A stretch of DNA of 32,000 nucleotides from Halomicronema hongdechloris C2206 (GTDB lineage Bacteria; Cyanobacteriota; Cyanobacteriia; Phormidesmidales; Phormidesmidaceae), in the NCBI RefSeq assembly GCF_002075285.3, contig NZ_CP021983.2, forward strand, positions 480,001 to 512,000. Reading direction: 5' to 3'. Shown in pieces: positions 17,491 through 23,676 of the stretch (position 1 is the first letter of the stretch; every line of letters begins with the position of its first letter). A program made the position numbers and the translations under genes. The notes beneath the pieces are model-generated. The model was given only the letters and a program-made list of their open reading frames with translations. It did no database searches and had not been told where the DNA came from.

Positions 17491-17734
17491 GTTTCCGTCC
17501 CCTTGCGGGGTAATGGATTTTGAACCGGCTGTCCGAAGGCATTTTCCATGGGTTCGGAAAGTTTCCGTCCCCTTGCGGGGTAATGGATTTTGAACATCAC
17601 TCAGACTCAGCTAGAACAGGCGCTGAAGGTTTCCGTCCCCTTGCGGGGTAATGGATTTTGAACAGTTGGTCAGTCTTCGGATGACGCTAGCGACCGAAGG
17701 TTTCCGTCCCCTTGCGGGGTAATGGATTTTGAAC
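17491..17734 (-). CRISPR. CRISPR array with 4 identical 35-nt repeats and 3 spacers (35, 33 and 36 nt)
   Basis: The plus-strand repeat GTTTCCGTCCCCTTGCGGGGTAATGGATTTTGAAC occurs at 17491, 17561, 17629 and 17700. The minus-strand form GTTCAAAATCCATTACCCCGCAAGGGGACGGAAAC ends in GAAAC and has a CCCC-GCAA-GGGG hairpin. The adaptation genes and leader lie on the high-coordinate side and the degenerate repeat on the low side, so transcription is on the minus strand. Confidence 0.93.
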
Positions 17735-17963
17735 CCCCTTGATCTGGAGCCCTTATGAGGCAAGGCTTTCAACACCCCAAATCTGAGGGGGTCTGTCCGA
17801 GGGGTGAGGAATTGAGAATTTCTGTCAACAAGCCCTCTGCCAACAAGGCTCAAATCCTTGTACGGAAAGGCATCTGAGGGGGTTGACGAAGTTATAAGGT
17901 TTTCAAGGTTCACCAGACCCCCTCAGATTAGCAACCCCAGACTAGTCCATCAAGCCTTGGAGG
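17735..17963 (-). promoter_or_regulatory. CRISPR leader region
   Basis: This 229-bp non-coding stretch lies between the last operon gene and the first repeat. It contains a 16-bp perfect inverted repeat. I could not pick a convincing promoter hexamer pair. Confidence 0.6.
17780..17929. repeat. 16-bp perfect inverted repeat pair inside the leader (MITE-like or long hairpin)
   Basis: AATCTGAGGGGGTCTG at 17780-17795 pairs with CAGACCCCCTCAGATT at 17914-17929. A third 12-nt direct copy, ATCTGAGGGGGT, lies at 17872-17883. Confidence 0.8.
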
Positions 17964-18752
17964 CTAGACTTTACAATTCTTTTGGCTAATGTAGGCCAAA
18001 ATCTCTCGCACGACTCCGCTCTTCCCTCGACAGTTCAACAGTAAGACATCCCCCGACAAGCACTCCACCTTCCGCAACTGCATGATGCTATCCGTTTGCT
18101 TATGCTTCATATACCCCGTAATCAACACAACCAGATCGCAGTCGTGAATTTTAGCTTTGATGTTGCTCCGCCCCAAACTGTGCTTGCTAAACGGTGGTAG
18201 CTCCACCCATTTGGCTAGACCATGCTGCCGGGTTAGCTCATCGATTACTCCTCGTCGGGTGGCATCATGGCCTCCTACCAGTGCTAGCTTGATGCCTGAC
18301 ACATCAATTGCTTGCAAATTAGCCTGGCTTTTCTGGGTCGATACATCTGTCTGATGATCTAGCGGTTGATCCTCGACTCGTGTCTGGGGACCAAACGGGA
18401 TCTCAGCCAAAGGCTCAGACTCAGCAGTAGGTTGCCATGCTTCCACTGCGGTCAGCAGCTGAAACAGTTCCTCTACTAGGTCTTCAAGTTCCCAAATCTC
18501 CAGCTGCAGATCATCCCGTTCGGCTTTCATGTCCTCATAGAGGGTTCTCAACCCCCGGTTTTCCAAACTGAGCTGATGATGTATGGCCTCCTGCTCCTGC
18601 CTTAGCACGTTACATTCAGCCTTCAGGGTCGACAACCTGCGCATCAACCGTCGCTTTTCCCGGCGGTCTGCACCTGAAATCCCCCTCATCCATAGCCAAG
18701 GTTGGCGATAGAGAGCCATGAGTAGCCGTCTGAATCCTCGCAAGTCGTGCAT
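17964..18752 (-). CDS. Coiled-coil protein with a C-terminal DUF2325-like domain
   Basis: The start MHDLRGF (ATG 18752) is 2 nt after the upstream stop. The N-terminal heptad-rich charged segment suggests a coiled coil. The C-terminal LALVGGHD...DCDLVVLITGYMKHKQTDSIMQLRK...LLLNCRGKSG fits my recollection of DUF2325. Confidence 0.6.
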   Translation of the reverse strand: MHDLRGFRRLLMALYRQPWLWMRGISGADRREKRRLMRRLSTLKAECNVLRQEQEAIHHQLSLENRGLRTLYEDMKAERDDLQLEIWELEDLVEELFQLLTAVEAWQPTAESEPLAEIPFGPQTRVEDQPLDHQTDVSTQKSQANLQAIDVSGIKLALVGGHDATRRGVIDELTRQHGLAKWVELPPFSKHSLGRSNIKAKIHDCDLVVLITGYMKHKQTDSIMQLRKVECLSGDVLLLNCRGKSGVVREILAYISQKNCKV

Positions 18753-18754
18753 GA

Positions 18755-19159
18755 TCACAACTCCTCGCCTAGGGGTTTCAGCCAAACAGAAGCATCTCCA
18801 ATCAGGCGGTCCAGGGCTGAAAAAATGAGTCGGTAGCGGCCAAATAGTGTTTGTCCTGCCTCGCCACCCAGATATCCACATGCCATGGCAATCTGAATCC
18901 AGGTTTGCATTTCAGCCGCTTCAGCCTGGGCATCGCTGAGCGTAGCTACGAATGCCCTTCGGTAACGGCGCTTGCCCCAGGCTGCGGCGATACTGGCACA
19001 GGCTGAGCGTGATGCCGTCAGCATTTGTCTGGTCAGGAGGTCCTTTTCTGCCTCTGGAAACCCTTGTGAGAGCTGATAAATTTCCACTGAGCTGTCGAAC
19101 GCCAACTGATACACCTGGAGTTCTTGATAGCTGTGAATAAAGTCCTGCATGAGTGTCAT
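18755..19159 (-). CDS. Four-helix-bundle protein (Avd / 23S rRNA IVS protein family)
   Basis: YQELQVYQLAF...VEIYQLSQGFPEAEKDLLTRQML.ASRS....IAAAWGKRRY fits the family pattern. It is a paralog of the 19194-19619 gene. Confidence 0.8.
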   Translation of the reverse strand: MTLMQDFIHSYQELQVYQLAFDSSVEIYQLSQGFPEAEKDLLTRQMLTASRSACASIAAAWGKRRYRRAFVATLSDAQAEAAEMQTWIQIAMACGYLGGEAGQTLFGRYRLIFSALDRLIGDASVWLKPLGEEL

Positions 19160-19193
19160 TCCTTTCGACGATCAAGGTCACATCAGCACCTGT

Positions 19194-19619
19194 TTAAGCT
19201 GTGGCAGGCAGGTCATTTGTACTGTCTTCAGAACGTCGCCTTTCCCCAACTAAAGCGCCTTCCATCAACTGATCGAGGCTGGAAAAAATGCGGCGATAGT
19301 GGTCGGACAGAGCTTGCCCTGCGTCTCCGTCCAGATATCCGACTGCAACGGCAGCTTCGATCCAGGTCTGCATTTCGGCTGCTTTTAACTGAGCTTCACT
19401 GAGCTGGGTGATTAGGGCTTTGCGATCGCGTCGTTTGCCCCAGGCCGCTGCAATATGAGCCCGTACTGCCCGTGAGGTTGCTAAAATCTGGCGAGTCAAA
19501 CAAGCACTGGTCTCTTCGGGAAAATGTTGGGCTAGGTCGTATATCTCGACCGAGCAGCGAAACGCTAGTTGATACACCTGCAGGTCTTGAAAGCTGTACA
19601 CAGAGAGCTTCATGGTCAT
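19194..19619 (-). CDS. Four-helix-bundle protein (Avd / 23S rRNA IVS protein family)
   Basis: FQDLQVYQLAF..SVEIYDLAQHFPEE...LTRQIL.TSRA....IAAAWGKRRD fits the family pattern. GGAGAA lies 7 nt upstream of the second ATG (19613), which may be the true start. Confidence 0.8.
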   Translation of the reverse strand: MTMKLSVYSFQDLQVYQLAFRCSVEIYDLAQHFPEETSACLTRQILATSRAVRAHIAAAWGKRRDRKALITQLSEAQLKAAEMQTWIEAAVAVGYLDGDAGQALSDHYRRIFSSLDQLMEGALVGERRRSEDSTNDLPATA

Positions 19620-19627
19620 TTCTCCGG

Positions 19628-19906
19628 TTAAACAATAAAGGCCACATCATCAACTTCCCGTTGGGGTTGCAGCCCTAAAACGAGCACTTTCTGGCGATAG
19701 CGGGGCGATAGGGGATAAAAGCGCACCTGATCTTCATTAGGCTTGATGTAGCGATTGAGTCGGCGCTGCAGCATGTCCCGCTGGTCGGGGGTCAGCACGC
19801 ACTCAAACACTGATTTCTGTACCCGCATGCCGTAGCCTTCTAGCAAGTGCGCTACTTTGTTACGTCGTCGATCCAGCACGATGTCGTAGCAGATGAGGTA
19901 GAACAT
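19628..19906 (-). CDS. cas2: CRISPR-associated endoribonuclease Cas2
   Basis: MFYLICYDIV.DRRRNKV...L.GYG.RVQKSVFEC is the classic Cas2 N-terminus. Its ATG overlaps the RT-cas1 stop as TAATG. Confidence 0.9.
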   Translation of the reverse strand: MFYLICYDIVLDRRRNKVAHLLEGYGMRVQKSVFECVLTPDQRDMLQRRLNRYIKPNEDQVRFYPLSPRYRQKVLVLGLQPQREVDDVAFIV

Positions 19907-21870
19907 TACCCCTCCCACTGCATAGGCCGATACACCGGCTGCTCACCCATCAGGCAAGCCACGTATTCCCACACCTGCAATTCCAGACAGCGACGGTAGC
20001 TGACCTTGTAACCGCTATGGGGATGGGTCACGCTCTGCTGTAGCTTCTCCTCCCAGTGCTTGAGAAACCGCTTCATGGCGTCAGGGTGAAGATAGACACC
20101 GCCTCGCGCATCGGGTGGAGTAAAGTCGTCTGGGCTAAAGATGTTGGAATTGATCAGATAGGCCACCAGAGAATCCACGGCAATGGCCCGAAACTCTTCC
20201 ACCAGATCGCATACCAGCGAGGGCCGATTTGCCTGCGGCTTATGCAGGTTGCCAAAGTGAGTGTGCAGACCTACCCCTTCCACCATGGCGTGCACATTTT
20301 GCGACAGCAGCGTATAGCCCAGGCTCAGCAGGCTGTTAACCGGGTCGGTGGGGGGGCGGGTGCGTTTTTCAAACTCAAATTGGCCTTTCAGCAGCGAGGC
20401 GTAGGCTTGAAAATATAGGTTGGCCCCCGTGCCTTCACGGCCCAGCATGGCTTCCACCGACTCGGCGCTGGGCACCGTTTGCATCAGTTCCGCTAGGGTT
20501 GCAATGGCCTGGGTGGCTGCCTCCGTCTTGCGGCGGCGATTCAGGCGCAGCAGCAGGATGCGGGAATTGTGTAATTTGCCGATAATGATGCTGGCGGCCT
20601 GGGTGCGCACAAAGTCTGGATCTTGGGCCTTGTAGACCTGCTGGGTGAGATACTCCAGCTTGGCCTGCCCCGTGGTTTGCAAGCGGCCAAAGTAACGGCC
20701 CTTGTTGGATAAATACAGCAGTGGAATCCGTCGTTGCAGAGCCAACCGCACCGCCCCATGGGAGACATTGCAACAGCCAAACAGCACCACATGGCTGATG
20801 CGGCTGGCGGGTACCGAGCAGCGCAACTCCTGGTTATGAAACACCTGAAATTGCTGATGCCTGACCCGCAAATAGGAGCCTTGATCGGTGATATATAAGG
20901 TGGTCATGCCGTCTCTCCAATAGTCGTCAGTTGATGTCGCTAACATTCGTCGCGGGGATTTGACGATGCTGCACAGCTGGGGTGGCCCATACCCCGGTTG
21001 GGGCGCTTTCTGCCTTCTGCCCTCAGCCTTCTGCCTTGCTGGTCCCTCTACGGTTCCGTTACGGAAGCGATGGCCGAGAAAGACAAACGCCTGGCCAGGG
21101 GGAATGATGGTGGTTTTTTCCGGATGAAAGCTGAGGGAGAGACCTTCAATCCAGTCCTGCATCAGGGCCAGGGAGCGGCTGGCCTCCAGGTAGCTCTGGC
21201 ACACGGCTACGCAGTCATCGCCGTAGCGCACCAGGGGAATATCGGCTTCCAGGCAGTGCCGGTCAAAATCGTTCAGGTAAAGATTGGCCAGGGCGCCCGA
21301 CAAGATGCTGCCTGGCAACACCCCTTGCCCTGGTTGGTAAAACTGCCCGCTCACGACAATGCCAGCCTTGAGTTGTTGCTCGATCCACTGCACCCAGGTT
21401 GCCGGTAGGCTCAATTGGTCGAGCTGATGCAGCAGTAGCGGCCAAGACAGCTGGTCGAAAAACTGCTGAATGTCAGCCTTGATCACCCAGGTCGGTTGGT
21501 AGCGGTAACGCTCCATCACCCGCTTAACTGCGGCATAGATGGAGAGACCGGGTCGATAGGCAAAGACGGCATCGCTGAAGGCGTTTTCCAGGCTGGGATA
21601 GATGCTCTGCAACAGATAGCGTTGCACGATGCGATCGCGAACAGTAGGAATACCGATCAGGCGGTGGCCGCCCTTCTGTTTGGCCAGGTAAAAGCCCTTG
21701 GCGGGGCGGGCAACATAGCGCTCTTGCCGCATCTGCCGATACAGTTGATGGATTTGCTCCCGGGCGATGCCAGTAAATAAATCCACCGTGATCCCGTCTA
21801 TTCCGGCGGCCCGGCTGCCCCGTTGCACCAGGTGCCAAGCCGTAGCCAGTTGTTCTACATACAGTTTCAT
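19906..21870 (-). CDS. cas1: Reverse transcriptase-Cas1 fusion protein
   Basis: The N-terminal group-II-intron-like RT carries AAGIDGITV, IGIPTVRDRIVQ and LVRYGDDCVAV (the xxDD catalytic motif). The C-terminal Cas1 domain runs from MTTLYITDQGSYLRV and contains GNLH...RPSLVCDLVEEFR. The ORF is open to 21903, but ATG 21870 has GGGGGA upstream. Confidence 0.9.
   Translation of the reverse strand: MKLYVEQLATAWHLVQRGSRAAGIDGITVDLFTGIAREQIHQLYRQMRQERYVARPAKGFYLAKQKGGHRLIGIPTVRDRIVQRYLLQSIYPSLENAFSDAVFAYRPGLSIYAAVKRVMERYRYQPTWVIKADIQQFFDQLSWPLLLHQLDQLSLPATWVQWIEQQLKAGIVVSGQFYQPGQGVLPGSILSGALANLYLNDFDRHCLEADIPLVRYGDDCVAVCQSYLEASRSLALMQDWIEGLSLSFHPEKTTIIPPGQAFVFLGHRFRNGTVEGPARQKAEGRRQKAPQPGYGPPQLCSIVKSPRRMLATSTDDYWRDGMTTLYITDQGSYLRVRHQQFQVFHNQELRCSVPASRISHVVLFGCCNVSHGAVRLALQRRIPLLYLSNKGRYFGRLQTTGQAKLEYLTQQVYKAQDPDFVRTQAASIIIGKLHNSRILLLRLNRRRKTEAATQAIATLAELMQTVPSAESVEAMLGREGTGANLYFQAYASLLKGQFEFEKRTRPPTDPVNSLLSLGYTLLSQNVHAMVEGVGLHTHFGNLHKPQANRPSLVCDLVEEFRAIAVDSLVAYLINSNIFSPDDFTPPDARGGVYLHPDAMKRFLKHWEEKLQQSVTHPHSGYKVSYRRCLELQVWEYVACLMGEQPVYRPMQWEG
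21006..21040. repeat. Heptamer microsatellite inside the RT-Cas1 linker coding sequence
   Basis: The sequence ctttctg ccttctg ccctcag ccttctg ccttgct encodes ARQKAEGRRQKA on the minus strand. Confidence 0.85.
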
Positions 21871-21965
21871 TGCGTTTCCCCCAGACGAAGAAGGCTGCAT
21901 CAAGGCCGACGCAGAAAATCCCTGTCCTTCCTTGATTCATGAGTGCATCGTCGCAAGGGGCCATA

Positions 21966-22011
21966 TGAGTTCAACCCCGAGTTGTGCCTGAGTTCAGGAC
22001 CGGGTTGTGTA
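21966..22011. promoter_or_regulatory. Tandem 23-nt direct repeat in the divergent RT-cas1 / STAND promoter region (candidate operator)
   Basis: TGAGTTCAaccCCGaGTTGTGcc is followed immediately by TGAGTTCAggaCCGgGTTGTGta. The two copies are identical at 17 of 23 positions. Confidence 0.45.
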
Positions 22012-22043
22012 AAGGCGGAAATCAGCTTGTCCTGAGCCTGTCG

Positions 22044-22064
22044 CAGGGAAGGCAGAAGGATGAA
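22044..22064. repeat. Heptamer microsatellite (GGCAGAA/GGATGAA)
   Basis: The sequence cagggaa ggcagaa ggatgaa is in inverted orientation relative to 22107-22141. Confidence 0.75.
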
Positions 22065-22106
22065 TTGGTTATTCTTGGAATAGAAGTTGCCCGCTCGCTG
22101 CGCGGC

Positions 22107-22141
22107 TTTTTCATCCTTCATCCTTCATCCTTTTACCTTTC
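22107..22141. repeat. Heptamer microsatellite (CCTTCAT) running up to the STAND gene start codon
   Basis: The sequence is ttttcat ccttcat ccttcat cctttta cctttcc, followed by ctcATG. Confidence 0.85.
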
Positions 22142-22145
22142 CCTC

Positions 22146-23555
22146 ATGCCTCGTTCCGTTCGTGTCCATCCCGACCATAGGCAGATGGTGGCTCTGGCGC
22201 TGGAGCGCAATGGCTTTCTGACTCAGGGGGATTTAGCGGCCCATCTGGAGATCGCCCTATCGACGGTGAGCAACTTCTTTCGCGGGATCAATGTCTCGGT
22301 GGCTAAGTTTGAGGAAATTTCAGCGGCCTTGGGCCTGGAGGCCAGGGAGCTGATTCAGGCCCAGACTGCTAGCCAACCTGCGAGAACCGACGCAGGGATG
22401 CCGATGACGTTTTATGCCTACGACGAGGGCTGGGTAGGGCGCCAGGAGGTGATTGCTGAGTTAGGTCCTCAGGTCCGGGGGAGTTGTCGCCTACTGATGA
22501 TTACGGGAATCGCTGGCGTGGGTAAGACCGCCCTGGCAGAACGGCTGTCTCTGGAGTTAGCAGGGTTCGGTGCTCCCCTGCGAGACCCCTTTGATGCCCA
22601 GGATCAGACCTTGGATTTTGGCAGCTTCGCGGCTCGGTTATTGGAAAAACTGGGCCAGGTGGTGACGCCATGCGATCGCACAGCCATCCCGCAACTGATG
22701 GCGCGTTTAGTGCAAGCCTTACAGCATCAGCCCAGGCTACTTCTGATCGATTCTCTGGAGGAACTGTTGCAAGGCAACGAGCAGGACGGCTGGAGCGAGT
22801 TTAAGGATGAGGTCTTTTTACAGTTCTTTCAGCGGGTGCTGACGGCGGAGGAGTTTCAGAGCCGGATTATTCTGACCTCTCAGGAATTGCCGACTCAGCT
22901 TTTGAGTCTAGGGACCCGGTATCAAAACTTTTGGACCACTCATTTACTCACGGGACTGTCCGCATCAGAACAACTGGCTCTATTCGAGAAAACCGGGCTG
23001 GATGTGCGCCCTGACGCCGCGGGCCGATCCTATCTAGTTCGCATGGGCCAGGCCTATGAGGGACACCCTCTAGCGCTGCGGGTAATCGCCGGGGAGATCG
23101 GCAGTCGACCCTTCTTTGGGGATGTGGTGGCCTATTGGAACCGGTATGGCCATGAGATCGAGGCGGTGGAAGTTGTCATTGCTGCAGCGGCGGCCGGTCA
23201 AGCCGTGGGAGCCGAGGACAAATGGCGCCTTGATCGCTTCACCCGCACCCTGCGCCGGAATGTGCGACAGCGTCTAGAGCAGACCTTCCAGCGCCTGCGA
23301 CAGGATGCCAAATTCGCCTACATTTTGCTCTGCGAAGCCTCGGTCTATCGCTGCGCCGTGCCTGAAGACTGGTGGCTGAGCCACCTAGACTATTGGGACT
23401 GTGATCAAGAGACAGGGGGGCTGGCACTAGATGCCTTGAGGGATCGCTTTTTAGTAGAAGAAGCCATTGAGTCGGGACAGTACACCCTCAGGCAACATAA
23501 TTTGATCCGCAGTGTATCTTTAGACCATCTGCAACGATTGGATGAGATATGGTGA
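22146..23555 (+). CDS. HTH domain + STAND/NB-ARC-like P-loop NTPase, with no repeat sensor domain
   Basis: The start is MPRSVRV at ATG 22146. The upstream part of the ORF runs through heptamer repeats. LTQGDLAAHLEIALSTVSNFFRG is an HTH, ITGIAGVGKTALAERL is Walker A and PRLLLIDSLEELL is Walker B. Confidence 0.75.
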   Translation: MPRSVRVHPDHRQMVALALERNGFLTQGDLAAHLEIALSTVSNFFRGINVSVAKFEEISAALGLEARELIQAQTASQPARTDAGMPMTFYAYDEGWVGRQEVIAELGPQVRGSCRLLMITGIAGVGKTALAERLSLELAGFGAPLRDPFDAQDQTLDFGSFAARLLEKLGQVVTPCDRTAIPQLMARLVQALQHQPRLLLIDSLEELLQGNEQDGWSEFKDEVFLQFFQRVLTAEEFQSRIILTSQELPTQLLSLGTRYQNFWTTHLLTGLSASEQLALFEKTGLDVRPDAAGRSYLVRMGQAYEGHPLALRVIAGEIGSRPFFGDVVAYWNRYGHEIEAVEVVIAAAAAGQAVGAEDKWRLDRFTRTLRRNVRQRLEQTFQRLRQDAKFAYILLCEASVYRCAVPEDWWLSHLDYWDCDQETGGLALDALRDRFLVEEAIESGQYTLRQHNLIRSVSLDHLQRLDEIW

Positions 23556-23574
23556 GATGTCCATGTTCCGCTAC

Positions 23575-23614
23575 TTTTCATCCTTCTGCCTTCTGCCTTT
23601 AACTCATCCTTCAT
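23575..23614. repeat. Heptamer microsatellite (CCTTCTG/CCTTCAT)
   Basis: The sequence is ttttcat ccttctg ccttctg cctttaa ctcat ccttcat. Confidence 0.8.
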
Positions 23615-23676
23615 CTTTTTTTGTCTTTTCTTCCTTGCGCTGTTTATCCTGATAGATATTGATTTTTGCTTCCTGA

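Noticed and set aside
17154-17593. Two plus-strand ORFs (17154-17357 and 17345-17593).
   Set aside because: They are composed of heptamer microsatellite, the degenerate repeat and true CRISPR repeats. They show low complexity and no coding signal.
17611-17913. A 100-aa minus-strand ORF.
   Set aside because: It reads straight through two CRISPR repeats, a spacer and the leader inverted repeat, so it is an artefact of non-coding sequence.
18753-18881. N-terminal extensions of ORF-track ORFs. They are 18753-18881 on the DUF2325 gene, 21984-22145 on the STAND gene, 30569-30715 on the MNT gene and 2824-2844 on sbtB.
   Set aside because: The extensions overlap the upstream gene or run through microsatellite sequence. 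Internal ATGs give canonical N-termini and sensible spacing or SD sequences.
17964-21903. Possibility that the RT plus Avd-like genes form a diversity-generating retroelement.
   Set aside because: I saw no template-repeat/variable-repeat pair (a ~100-bp near-duplicate with A-specific differences) and no target gene nearby. The RT is fused to Cas1 and followed by cas2 and an array. A computational repeat search would still be needed to exclude a distant VR.
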